Shown here piece by piece: positions 37,534 through 51,283 of a DNA stretch of 64,000 bases (position 1 is the first letter of the stretch; the number at the start of each line of letters is the position of its first letter). Origin of the DNA: Podarcis tiliguerta (Eukaryota); assembly GCA_965153285.1 (NCBI GenBank), contig OZ229114.1; one strand, 5' to 3'. The position numbers and the translations under genes are program-made. Below the pieces are notes generated by a model. The model saw only the letters and a list, made by a program, of their open reading frames with translations. It searched no databases and was not told the origin of the DNA.

Positions 37534-38282
37534 CTGTGAATAAAGGAATCAAACAAGGAGGGGAGAGGAAATGATCAGCTGCCTTCACAGTGAAGTAGCT
37601 TTGTGAATCCTGAGGCTTTCATTCATTCACCTATGCTTCTTTCTTTTCACTTCTCATATTTTCATATGCTAAATATCATGGTTGGGGGGGAAGAACATCT
37701 AGTTCATTTCAAGGATTCATAGCTAGGAGAGATGCATGCACTTCCCCTACTAAATAGAATGACATAGCTGCATATGATATAGCAAGATAAACAAAAGGTA
37801 TGTTAAAAAGAGTAAATTCATCTCCTTTTCAAGCATCTAGTTCAATTTCATGAAACAGTTTCCCCAAAAGAAACAGACAACTAGCTTTGGCTTCTCTGCC
37901 TCATCAGCATTAAAACACAATTACATTGCTCTCACACTCTTCCTAATTGTAAGGAATATAAAATGCCAAATCATGTAAAGTAACCTAATCTTTTCTGCAG
38001 GTTGCCTAGTGCGATGGAAATACCTGGGCTGCTAACATAACAATCCTATATGCGTCTTATTATATAGTTTATTAGGGCTTATTCCCAGATAAGCAGGTAC
38101 AGGATTGCAGTCTAAAATACCTGCTATATTCCTGAATATCTTAATTTTCTAGATTTTGTGCTAGCCAATAATACTTTCAAAAACATAACCATGCACTTGT
38201 GAATGCTAGACACTTTCCTGCCAGAGTTATGCACACTGAATTCACAGACCTAATCCCTGAATGCTGAAGATTCTATGTATCT

Positions 38283-38372
38283 AGGGTTGCAATCATATAC
38301 CCACTTACTCAGGAGTAAGCCTTACTGAAGTCAATGAGGCTCACTTCTGTGCAGATATACAGGACGGAACTG
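38283..38372. repeat. Short palindromic interspersed element (GCAATCCTA...CTTAC.GG.AGTAAG...AGGATTGCA type)
   Basis: Recurs at about 11822-11915, 12872-13198 (split by a MITE), 26263-26340, 34238-34310 and 38030-38115. A related palindromic family occurs at about 26340-26445, 33015-33150, 34345-34425 and 53540-53660. Probably old MITEs. Confidence 0.55.
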
Positions 38373-39444
38373 AAGGAAGACTTGGCATCTGAAATACTGC
38401 AACTTCTATCGCTATTCTTTTTTCAAGAGAGCGTAAAATATTCATAGAATAATCATGCCTCTACATTTTGCTTCATAACTCAGGTTCTACAGGTAATTGA
38501 CACTTAATTTTAAAAGAAAGCTGGGGATATGGAGATCATGGTTCACTGGGAGCTGGAGACCCAACTGCCCCATGCTCTTTCCATGGATACCCATGGTCTG
38601 ACCTCGTAAGGCCCTTCCCACCACTGAAACCCTCAGCAGCCCTTGACCTACCACCAGTGGTAGAGGCCAAGGTGGGCTTGGAGAAGGTTTGGACCCCACC
38701 CCCACCCTGAAACAGTAAGAAACATACACAAGCCCTGGAGCTGATGTATGCATTTCCACTGGAAGCCATGGAGAGTGATCATAGAACCTGAAAAGGAATC
38801 CCCTAGGTAGGAAAAAACCACAACGCTCTCTGGCCATGTCCCCAGGAGTGCTTTGGGTATTAGTTCTCCTCTAATCCATCAGTAAGGTTGTACTGTAAGC
38901 ACTGTACAGTGCACATAACCGTACACATTATTTCCCGGCACATAAGATAGTATTTGAGCTGGGAATAATCTTATAAAACACTATTTGCAAACATTTTGAA
39001 ACAGCAGCATTAAAGATTCCGTATTTCTCTTTCAGCAGAAGAGGCATAATATGGCTTAAATCAAAAGATGTGTATGGTTGTATAAATTTGCTTGCTGCCA
39101 TAGTTACACTTGCTTCCTAGTCCCACACAAGGCTGGGGGGCATTGCACTGTCATGTCATGGCTGTCAGTTGCAATACTTACCAGAGGCTCTACCTAATAG
39201 CCTTCATCACAATGTGTCACAAGCACAGAGAAACAAAAAGAAGCATCACGACGGAGTGCGTGTAAACACGCACGCACAGTCTTTGTGGGGAACAGCTTGA
39301 AGGTTGTGTTATGTACTGTATGTATGCTATGTAACATACCACAGTATTAAGTGTGTGTATGGAGAGAATCTACGGCAACAGCAAAGAGACAGGTCTGCAT
39401 ATTTAACATGGGAACTCTCAGCATTTTAGCACTAACCCCTAAAG

Positions 39445-39579
39445 CAGGGATGGGGAACCTGCAGCCCTGCAGATGTTGCTGGACTACAACTCCCATCATC
39501 CTTGACAATTAGAAATACTGACTGAGGCTGATGTGAGGAGTCTTACAACAAGTGAAGGGCCACAGGTTCCCCATTCCTG
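39445..39579. mobile_element. hAT-Charlie (URR1-like) MITE
   Basis: CAGGGATGGGGAACCTG...CAGGTTCCCCATTCCTG termini; degenerate 8-bp TSD CCCTAAAG/TCCTGAAG; ACTACAACTCCCATCA core. Confidence 0.8.
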
Positions 39580-42500
39580 TCCTGAAGTACAGGAAGCAAT
39601 AACCAGCAAAGGAAAGACAGTCAAATTAGCTCAGCTCAAGTTATAGTGTTAAAGTATTGGGGAGATCTGAGCAATGGAGACTGATTGGAAACACGGAAGA
39701 AAATTGAATACTTTGTGAAGAACTTTGGAAGCAGCTGAACTCCAGACTTGCTGGGGACTTTGAAACAGCAAGAACGTTGAAGCAAAGTACCCTCTCTGGG
39801 ATCAGAGATTCCTACTTGTAACAACTTTACAGAGTGTGTTTATGTCGTAGTATGTGCTTTTGCATGCAAAGTAAAAGTTAACTGCTGCATGTGCTGAGCT
39901 TAACCACTTGACTGAAGCTTCTGTGGCAAATGCACTCAGAACATACCAAACATGCATGTGACATCCCCTCTTAAATTTGTTTCATCTCTAGCTCCTGCCT
40001 TTCCTGATGCCTCAGAGGGAGAATTTTTATTTTTGGAAAGCCAAAAAGCAAATGCAGTCCTCACTCTTGTCTTCTGTATCAGGAGAGATTCACCGAAATT
40101 GCATCCAAGAGAGTAAGAGAGGTGGTGCCTTGTTGTTGAAAATTCTGTAGTTATTTGAGTGCTTTTGTAATGATCACCAAGTTGAATAATATTTTTATGT
40201 TAAATTTTGTAGGATCAGAGGGATCAGGGATTTGTGGTATTTTGCAGCAGTCATACTTTTGGAATGAACTATTTCAACAGAAAATCAAATAATGCTCACT
40301 GAATTATGCCTAATATATGGCAGCAGTGGCATTTAGCCCTTCTGCTACCAATTATTTTCATGTCAACATGAATATTGATTTGACAGCTCATCAGGGCTAA
40401 GCTGAAAATAAATTCAACCAGTGAAGGCAGTTGAACCAGTTTTTCTCTGACACTTATTTCTGCTCATGTGTGTAAGAGAGGGAAGTATGCCTGAACTTAG
40501 TCTCCTGGATCCATTTAAATTGGAGGTCTTGTCCTGAGCTCAGACCTGGAACCCTAAACTGCAACAAGGGGATGCACTTCCAGGTGGGGCCCAGTAGGAA
40601 AGGACTGGAGCCCATATATCTGAACCAGAGTGAAGGGACAAAGCCTATAGGAAAAAAACTACATTAAGGTGTACAACTCTTCCTCCCCATGCCATGTTGC
40701 TAGTGACGATAAAAACATATACCTGCCCCAACCCCGGTGTATCTTAGGACATAAGACTCTTCTCAAAAAAAAAACTGCTTTAAAGCTTTGGTTTTGGGAG
40801 TTGTTGAAGAATGTAGTGAAATCTGAGCAGGCTGGGAGCTTCCACAGGAAATGGCTTTGAGGAAATCAGTACATGGAAAAAACGGGCATGAAAATTGACC
40901 TGGAGTATCAACAAATCACGTTCACTGTGTTATTAGCCCAATGTGGGACGCCAACCACTTATTACACAAATACAGAAGCCTTGAGATTGCTTTGCCACTG
41001 CACCTATGGGATTTATTATGCTTCTGGGGGTGGTTGTTGTGAACGTGACAAGCTGATATACCAAGCACCCCAGCCCAAAAATGAGGCAGCCTGTGCTTTT
41101 CCTGTACCGGGATGATGTAGAAATCACTGTTTACAACACTTTGTCCTATTTTGTTTTGACCTCAGGTATACAAATCCTTTAAGGAAAACCTCTTAATGAC
41201 CAGATCAGTAGATTCTGATCCTGTCAGGTCCCCCCCCCCCCTCCAAAGCTGGAAAGAGCCATTGCTCTACCCGGCAAGAATTCTGTTCCACTGCAGCAGT
41301 GTGGCTTTTACTCCTTGCAAACCACAGCTGCTGTAGAAACGCAGACAAGATGCATTGGTGCAATGGATGAAGTCATAGTACTAAGGGCGTAATCAGTGAT
41401 GCATTTTATTTTATTCCATGAAGCGTCGAGACTCAGTCAAACAGCTTTTATAGATAGCCCTAACACTTGATAGCTCATTTAGTCTGTATAAGCCTTTCAG
41501 TTTCAGAGGTCATATTTTTGCACGAATGCTCTAAAATGTTTCTGGTCATTTACAGGTCCTTTGCTGCTTGAGTACCTAAGCTATTAGCAGTTTGCTGCGC
41601 TACATGTAAAAATGAAGGACCGGGGGCGTATTCCATTAGCCTGGAACGTATATTTGTGCAAACCTAACCACAGCAATTAGCAAATGTAAATTGAAATTTG
41701 TTAGCACGTGCTTCTTGCTCTATGCATTTTAACACCATGATCAATTAAGCTTCCTTAATTAATTATGGCTTCAAAAATGCTGCAATCTTATAGCATATTA
41801 TAGCTTCATAACAAACATTAGTGCTTATGCAGAAAAGATAATTTGTAAGTATCAACCAGAAGAATCACATCCACAGGAACTTGCAGTAATAACACCAATC
41901 CATTCTCTGACAACAATCTGTCTCTACCAACAAGTGACAATTAAGTGGATTTCTCCATTTCCCCTAATACTGCTAATGTGTCTAATTTGCACTGCTTTTG
42001 ATATTCTGCAGGCAGAAAATGAAGGCAGCAGTGAGGGATTGCAGCTTTAAATCATCACTTGCCTTTGTTCCCTAATATCTTTTTGCCTTTCTACACCAGA
42101 TGCAGGAATTAGCAATGAACTGATAACAACTATAATATGCCTGTTGCAAATATCAAATACATTAGCTACCCTCCAAAATACTTCTTTAGTTTCTACTAAT
42201 AGAAAACACTAAATCAGATATTCGGGGGGGGGGGGACACCCTAGGAATCCTGCATTGAAACATTCCAGTTCCTTCAAAAAGGAAAGCTGCATCTGCAAAG
42301 ACCAATCACAAAAATGTTTATGTATACAAGCTAAAGGAAATGCAAACATAGTTACAGCTTCAGAATTCCATCATATCTTGCCATGAAATGGGGGTGGGGA
42401 TTCCTGGAGCAGTGGTACCAGGGCAGGGGTGCAGAACCTGTGGCCCTCCAGATGTTGTTCAACCACAGCTCTCATCATCCCTAACCACTGGCCCTGCTGG

Positions 42501-45500
42501 CTGGGTCCAATGGGAGTCGGGGTCTGTAGTTTGTTCAGGGTGCTGAGAGTTGTTAGGAGACTCCTATTCCCCTCAAAGAGTTACAAATCCCAGAGCAGTT
42601 CAACAATCTAGCCAGGGAACTCTGGAAACTGCAGCTCTTTTGAAGGGAATAGGGATCTCCTAACAACTCTCTACATCCTTAAGGAACTAGTCCCTGGGAT
42701 TATGTGGGGGAAGCCACAACTGTTTAAAGTGGCATTGTCCTGCTTTAAATATCTAGTGCAGATAGCACTGGTGTTTGATGCTGTATGTGGCTAGTATGTT
42801 GCTAAATATATCCAATTTTAAATAACATTCAAATTACACACACGCACAAATTTAAAAAGAAATGAGATACTTTCTAATGGGCAGAGTGTTGAGCTATCTG
42901 CTTTCAGCAATAACGCAAACCAAAAGTTTATCTTTAACGCCATGCCTTCCTTCGTCTCAAGTTGAGGATGCCATTCTGCTCATGCATATAAAACTTCTTA
43001 TTTGTGATGTAAGAGAGGAAACTGTCATGAGGCAAAGGAAAAATGTTGCCGCTTAGTCGAAACTATATGGTCAGGCACACCGGACATGTTGAAAACAAGG
43101 GACAGTGCACTACTTTTCAGGATTGGGTTTGTAATCTGAGGAGAATGGGATTACAGGATTGGTCTGAAGGGATTGTAGTCTTGCACAAACAAGACTGCTG
43201 GGTAAATTCAAAAACTGAAATCCAATTTGGTCTTTAACTTGCTAATGACCTATACATACACCTTTTTGGTCGGATCATCTGTGTTTGTTTTGTTCTGAGG
43301 GGTTCCTACTAATTATAACTTAAGTGTGTAGTAAACAGCATTCTTCAAGCTTTCTTCATTGTCCCCCCCTCCCATACTGTATAGACTGAATGGTAAAAGC
43401 TAGATAATACAGTTAAGGCAGGAAAACAGATAAATATGTAATCCCTCAATACCTGTCAAGAGCATTTCCTCAAAACGAGACTTGCAGAAATTACTGGACA
43501 GGATAATTTTCATCAGATTTCTTACCTCCTCTAGCTGTTTCTTGATTAACAGGGTTGAACTTCGTCCCTTCAAAAAAACATTACAGCCCCTTCCGCAATA
43601 TTGTGATTTCTACTGGCATGTGACAGAAATTCCAGGCAGTGCACATGCTGTGGTTGAAGTATTTGTAGTGAAATGGGAGCTGAAAGAATGTCTCCCTTCC
43701 AAAAATAAAAAAATAAAATTGTCAAGCTGAAGGAAAACCCTTCTGACCAAGAGCATTCATTCCCTTTTTCTACAATCAAGGTTAAGCACCTGAAGCTCAG
43801 TTCAAGGAAGAGGCAACACCAGAGAAGTCAAAGACCATCCATCATTTTATAGTGGATATTTGACAAGAAGTCTGGAGCCTTTTAAAAAACTTTCATAGCA
43901 AGAGATCAAAATAAACAAAAAGCCAACCATTTCTTAGGGGTGCTGAATGTTTTTTATTACAATGTTTCCTGAAGGGTTTTGAATGTAGGGCAGGAAAGGG
44001 GAACCTGTGTTCCTCCAGCTGTTGCTAGACTCCAGCTCCCATCAGCCCCAGGGAGCATGGCCAACCGTCAGGGATGATGGGAGTTATAGGCCAACAATAT
44101 CCCATCAAACTCCCATCACCTCTGACCGTTGGCCATGCTTCCTGGGAGTTATAGGCCAACAATATTTGGTGAACTACATTTTGGCATCCCTTCTTCAGGG
44201 AGAAAAGATGAAGCAAGCAATCACAACAGGATACAAGAATATTCTGGCTAGCTCCTAATGAAAAAATGTAAACTTGCCAAAATTTCTCAAGCAAATATAT
44301 TCAGATATAATTTGCATGTGTGTCCATTATGACCCCTTTCATTAGCCTTTTCACATGAATAATCTTCTTATTGCCCATCCTTTCTTAAAGATGCACTAAG
44401 ATATATCTTTGTATGCCAGCAGTCACAAGTATGAAAGGCAACATGATGCTACACAGCATTACTGCTCTGGAAAGTATCTGTGGAAGATGCCATTATCTTT
44501 AAGGACATGGGGGATGTAATTGCTTGTGTAGCCCACTTCTATAGGACTTTGTCATATTGTAGACTATTTGCCTAGAGGCAAACACATCCTGGGTAGCAAA
44601 ACACCATTTTATTAGTAGTAAACAGGATGGCTTTTTTGTTTAGTGTGGGGTATGTGCATGGACAACTTCCACAAACCGACAAGTGCCATTATGGCTCACT
44701 ATAACTAATACATTGCTATGGACGTCATGCAAAATATACTCCCTTCTCTTCCAGCTGCACCTTCTGCCAAATATATTTTTCAGACATAAGAAGACTTGTT
44801 TTTCTTAAATGTGCTTATTTGAATGTAGAATACTATTAGTCTGGAGTAGTTTAAAAATACGTTTCAGAGTGCTCAGTGTGACCTATATCTGTCCTTTGGG
44901 ATCATAAATCACTGTACTGCCGACTGCTAGTCCACAGCATCTCCTTCCTTCTTTTAGTCCTATCTGCCCAGTATCAGAATTTCTTATTTTAGTTCCTCCT
45001 TCCCATCCATTTCTATTCTACTTTTCATCCTCAAAAGTTACAGAAAGTAGCTTACAACAATACACAACACAATTGTAGATATGAACTGATACGACGTTTG
45101 TGGAGTCACCTCCCTGTGATTTCTTCCTAAGCTCTCTTTCATCACTATTTATTGATCTGTTTGGTAAACACACAGTCACAGACAAAAAAAATTACCACAG
45201 ATGCGGACATTAGTCAACAACATTCCATTGCGCCACAGATGGGAAATGCTGCAAGAACATTAGTCTATTTTTCTCCCTGCGGCTATGAGATACCATTCCA
45301 CAGGTACACATGCACACAAACAACAGGCAAGCGACAACAGACAAAGATAATACACGAGTCTCTAATGTTTCAGCTTTACCTACAACCGTGTCCTTCCATG
45401 AGAACCTTTAAGTGATTTGCTTCTGGCACTAGCATTAGCAATCCCACACTACAGACTGTTGAGAAAAATGTTGCTCAACATTAGAGACAAGTACAAGATA

Positions 45501-47865
45501 TTCAAAGTGATTGTGGGGGTCTAAACAGCATTTTAGGAGGTTACTCAAAATACCCAAACAAACATTTAGAAAACATGCATTGCATAGTTGTACTGCCCCT
45601 TAGGGTGGCCAAGTGCAAAAAGAGGACACGGATTCTGCCCCATATAATAGGGAATTTCCTCTTCAATACATGTGCTGAGGAGGGAATTTTGCCTTCACAA
45701 AGGATGCATGGATCCTGCCCTCTTTTACACCTGACCACCCTACTGCCGGTGGATTGTGTAATTCTTCCTAGCTGCACACAATCAAATACGCGAAATCCAA
45801 GTGGGAAAATGGTAGGCAGATATGGCAAAGACAAACATGTCTAAAATAAAGGACCGGGGCACATTTATGTCTGAATAAAATCACTTAACTGAAACAGGAT
45901 TGGACTCAACAAAGGATCATCAATTTCCTCTCTCTGGATTTACTAAACATTGAAGAAGGAAGTGATCAAAAGGTGAGAGGGTTGGCATGTGCTTCTTTAA
46001 GCTACAAAGTGAGCACCACCTTTCTTTCCCCTCAATTCTACATCACACCTTTTGCCATTTACTGCCATCTTATCAGCATAGGAAGCTGCCTTATGCTGAG
46101 TCAAATATTATTCCAGCCACCTCAGTTTATTTTCAGTGCTGGCTGGCAGCAGATGTCCAAGGTTTCAGACAGGCATCTCTTCTATTCCTATCTGGGGATG
46201 CCAGGGATTGGACATGCAAAGTAGCAGAACACTACTGAGCTAAGGCCCTGAAATAAATTCAGGTGGGTAATGAGACCATATGAAATATGACCATGAAACA
46301 GGTGCTTGTGCATGCAGATACAGCTTCCTATTCTCTTCTGTATTTTGGTTTCAGAAACCAAAATATAATCCCTGTGGTGTTGCATTCCCAACTATCAGTG
46401 AGCAGGAATTTTGCAAATTAAACAGCTCCCTCAGACACCACAATTTGTTTCAGCCACTGTGTTACCTTCAAAGTCCCCCACCCAATAATGTCTATTATCT
46501 GAATCCCCATCAATAACACCAAATTTTGCACAACCCCCCCCCCCCCCCCGCTGGAATAAAGAGGAAAGTCAATGTAGGCAATCATGACTAATTTGGTTTG
46601 ACTACAAAATTATTCTTTCTGGTTTGAGAATTTGGTATTTCTGAGTAATAATAGTTTATTATTTATACCCCGCCCATCTGGCTGGGGTATACCCCGCCCA
46701 ACCACTCTGGGCAGCTAGAAATTCTGGGTGGAGTAGAAATTTAGACCTTTTCTGCTCACTAGACACTGGTTAGGAACACAGACTTTGCACCCAAGTATTG
46801 CCCCTTCTAACTATTCCCTACATCAACAATAAGATGGGGTTTCAATCAGGGAATATTCCCAGACCTACCTGGAGATGCCATGGATTAAGCCTGAGACCTC
46901 ATGCTTGCAAACACTTTGCCACTGAGCTATGTCACTTCTTCTTTGATTACTTGATCAAAAGCATCATGAAGAATCTGAGACTTTCTATGGGGTTTAAATG
47001 AATGCTCCTACCATTTGAACACTCCCCTCTACTAACATGAATGGAATCTACACAAGACCAAGTATTCTTCCCTCTCCATCACACTCATAATGACCTAGGC
47101 TTTTATCAGCCTGCTTTAACTAACTTTCATTTTAAAAGGGACAACACTCCAATTTGGGGAGTCAGAAAAGAATGCAAACTAACCAGTCCTAACTAGAATG
47201 CATGGTTGTTTAATTCCCTTTGTGTTCTCCTGCCTGTCACACACCTTTCACCCTAATCAGGTCCTTCCCGGAAGTGTTTTGGGTATCATTTGTCTGCATG
47301 AACCATTAAATCTCAATTTAAATGCTAATCCGCCTTGCTTGAAGGCAGAGGTTGTCCTGCCAATGATGCATGATGTCATTTTTCTAAGCCAGCTCCCAAT
47401 TGGCTTTTCATAAGCCCTACCTCTTGTAATCATATATTTCAGTGACTGGTTCATGTTCCAATGGGGTAGGTAGAATACAGGCAGCACTTTGATGGTCATG
47501 AAATTCAGATGGCCTTTTTTTTCTGGGTCCAGACTGCTGTAAATGTTCCTGTCTGGTTTTATTCTAGAGAACAACTGCTTTTAAAGTTTTCTGCTTCCAA
47601 GTCTGTGGGTGTGGCTTGGAAACATGATTTTAATTCCCAAAAGTCTGCAAGTTTGTGCCCATCAGAGTAGGGAACTGTTTAGAAACATCTTGTTTCCTTC
47701 TGCATTTTGGATTCCAAATGAAACAACTCCCTAACAATAAACCTACTTTTCATGACTTTTGAAAGAAACATTTAACAAGGGAACTGACTGAGGATGCACA
47801 GTTCAGAGGCTATAAAAGCTTCCCTCTGCCTGCCCTTTTGGCTGATGGTCACCTTCAATACTTAC

Positions 47866-47979
47866 CTTGTACGCAGCTTGCCTCATAAACTGCTTTGCCG
47901 GCTGCTTCCAGATAGCTGGCACTGTGATGACCCAGCGCACTTCTGAGTTTTCAAACCCGGAGTCCTGATCGCTCAGCTC
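47866..47979 (-). CDS. HSPA12A: HSPA12A exon 6
   Basis: ttccag|...|gtaagt, 114 nt; [38 protein letters not shown]. Confidence 0.96.
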
Positions 47980-49532
47980 CTGGAATAAAAGAAAGCAAAC
48001 TTGTGGTGAGAGGCAAAATTGACACCAGCTGTTTCTAGAAGTGATGTTGTTTCCCAGTGGCTCCTGTGAAAATAATTTGACACTTTTCATGGTTTCTGTT
48101 GCTATGTCTATGTCAGGCTGTTTAAATAACTGGCTGACATGCCAAAAATGCATAGAATGTCGAAACCTGGGTTTCAGTTACACCTTCAAGGAGGTCCATA
48201 GGAAAACATACCATGATGAAGGGCAAGTTCTTCATCTTACACAAACAAAATCAGGCAAATACAAGGGTGTACCTTATGCCTTTGTAGTGAAAGCGGTAGG
48301 TTCCTCTAAATTGATGCTCCTAAGCATTAATCAGGCTGAGAAATATTTGGTGTGTTGAAGAGGCATGGGAGTGTTCCCTTAGTTTAGACATGCACGCGAA
48401 AAAGGCTCTGCCACTATAAGCCTCTATAGTTTATTAAAAATGGCATCTGCTTAGCTTTTGTAACTTAGTACTTTGGTACCCATGATCTACTTGATGAGGT
48501 CTATGAATGTGCCACATTTCAAACCAATCTACTAAAAATGGCCTTAGGTCCAGCATGTTTAAAAATGTTTCTAGAGCAAAAGGCGGCGCCAAATGGTGTT
48601 TTTAAGTGAGGAAAGGGTACTGGGAGAAAAGTCCTCCCCTCTCCCCATGGTCCCAATAATAACAGAAACAGTTAACGGATTCTTCAATCTGCTGCCAAGA
48701 CCTGTCAAGAGATTTCATCGATTTTACTGTATCTTGGTTTGCTTCTGCCCTTTATTTAAGCAAGTGCCATACATTTTAATTCTATGTATGTTAGAAATTG
48801 TATGGTTTTGGTTATTTGTTTTCGGTTTTGGTTATTTGTCTGCGGCTATATAATAAAATGTGTTGTCATACATATTGAAGTTTGGTATGTCTATGGCGTT
48901 GATAGAGACCCTGCATGTATCAATGATGCTTAGGAAGACCCTGCATTTGTGGAACTGTTGCAGTGGTGAACCTCCTCAGTTACATATTATTTTGTTCTTG
49001 GTTTTATACAAGCTCCCTCGTGTTTCTCTCTCATCCTGATAGTACTTGCCAATAGAGCTATCTTGTTATAAAACACAGTTTCTGCTGAAACACAAGCCAA
49101 TAACGAACATGGGTGGGCTCACTTTATGCTGGCAACCATTCCAATGAATCATAATGCTGTCAAAATGAATGTGATACGTTGCTATGGCAATCCTTTGTAG
49201 AAATCCTTGCATCATGACTTTCATTTGGGTTATGTGCTATTCGGGATACTCGTCACTATTTGTATATGTATTTGTAATTGTATGGTGTGCTGGCTGTTTT
49301 GGTGTAAATAAGAAAATTATTTTATTTGAAAAGAAAGTACCAGGGATGTTGTACAAGCAAATCATATCCCGAGTTTGGTATTCCTGACTTCGGGTAGCAT
49401 ATTTTTTCCTATCTTTCTTGCTGTAGTTGTGGGTGGGGGAAAGATGTAACAGAATAAATTAAGCCTACTCAAAGCACACACAAAAGCAGAGTAGGTTAAT
49501 TTTCTAGCAATCTGCTTATTTAAGCTTGGCAA

Positions 49533-49653
49533 ACATGAGACTCTTAATATCAGGGTTGTGGGTTGGAGCCCCAAAATGGGCAAAGGATTGCTGCATTGCA
49601 GGGGGTTGGACTAGATGACCATCAGGATCCCTTCCAACTCTACGATTCTATAA
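49533..49653 (+). mobile_element. 5'-truncated tRNA(Lys)-like SINE with CR1-type tail
   Basis: GAGACTCTTAAT...GGGTTGGAGCCCC head; tail TGCATTGCAGGGGGTTGGACTAGATGACC...CCCTTCCAACTCTACGATTCTA shared with 2796-2957. Confidence 0.75.
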
Positions 49654-51178
49654 TGTAGAGCTGGCTCTGCTGCAGACTAGCCTTGAACACCACATGAGCG
49701 CCTGCTCTGTGACAAAGAATTGGAACCATGGCTGGCCCATTTAAAACTGCACACCTTATCTCTCCCATCTGGAGAAAGAGCAGAGAGAACAGAGCTAGCA
49801 GGTATTTCACTACCTATGCAGGAAAAGGCTGAAGGGGAGCACTTCTCCTGGCACCTGATTCTCTAACTAATGGGGAAAATGGTGTTTGGGCTTTGTGGGC
49901 TAAGTAATCATATGCTGGGCAGACATGGGCCAGCCAAAGACACTGTGCTGCCTAGTGTGAAAGACAAGATGATGCCCTCCTAACACAAATAGAAGACAGC
50001 CAAGCTGGCAGCAGAACCTAACTTCAGCACTGTGGAGGGGACAGCATCCTCCAGCTGAGGACAGCAGGCTAACTTGGGAGGCAGATGCCACAGGGCACAG
50101 ACAGCTCTGTCTGACAACACCTCGCTGCACCATCTCCCTGAACCATCCGCCACCTGAGATAGCCAGCCTGTGCTGCCCAATGGTGAGGCCAGACCTGCCT
50201 GGTGAACGAGGAAAATGGGTGGTGGGTGGGGCAGCAGAGGAAACAGCTAATTGAAGAGAATCTAGGAAGGAACAAGGGAAATTTGGGGCATTCATACACC
50301 TTCAGCAAGCTCACAAACAGGACACGAAGGTGATGGCCTTACCCTGTTTTATCCCCAGAATAATCGAAAAAACAGAGGTATTTAAATACAGAACTATTAA
50401 GGCTATCTTTATCAACCCCATTGCCACTTCTTGTGGCAGGGAGTTCCATAGCTTAATTATATGTACGTTTGGAAGAACAAATGTATTGCATTGTGAGGCT
50501 GCCTGAATTTGTTTGTCTGCTCATTTTTGCAAAGACTGGGAAGTCTGGGGGGCAGGAAGAGAGGAACATTATAGCACAAAGTATACCACAGCATAGCAAC
50601 AAAAGTTGGGATTTAATTTGGGAGGTCATTCCCCCCCCCCCCCCTGGTTTTGAGCAGTGAGCTCATCTCTGTCCTGGACTCGCGTTTTTCCAGCAGTAGT
50701 CAGTCAAATACGTCTAGAAAGCTTGCAAGCAAGACCAACAGTTTACCTCTAGCAGCTGGTACGCAGTGGTATACTGGCTCCGAACACTGAGTAACTGTGA
50801 CTATTAGAAGGAGCTCCTAGGATACAGCCAGAGTGGAGCAGGTAGGAGGACCTTTGAGGGGTAGCCAAAATATTCTGGTTATGGTACTTTAAAATTATAT
50901 CGGAAACGGCTTTCATTAATTCCTACAGAGCTAGAGTACAACCAACAGCATATGAATTATGGAGTTCTGCAGAAATGTCTTGCTGGTGAGCAAGAAGGTT
51001 GTATCTAAGTATCTAGGACACCTCATCACCATCACCGTTTCTGCATCTCCTGCAGCTGCTCCACTTTGTTTACATCAAGTACTGCTGCAGGCTGAAGTGT
51101 GGCAAGGTTAAATTTGTTGGGCAAGCATTTGTCGCAGTTATAAATACAAAGAGCTGGGGACAGAAAGTGTTCCTTTAC

Positions 51179-51283
51179 CTTTAATGCTTGTTCCTTGAAG
51201 TACTGCAGAGCGTAAGAAAATAGTTCAAGTGCCTTGACTTTCTTGCCATTTGCAGCTGTCAGGTCTGTTTCCAGATTGAGATT
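51179..51283 (-). CDS. HSPA12A: HSPA12A exon 5
   Basis: cctag|...|gtaaag, 105 nt; NLNLETDLTAANGKKVKALELFSYALQYFKEQALK. Confidence 0.95.

Noticed and set aside
49900-50320. GC-richer patch with several 66-131 aa ORFs
   Set aside because: No recognisable protein motif or consistent splice structure; possibly an enhancer or old repeat, but unsupported.
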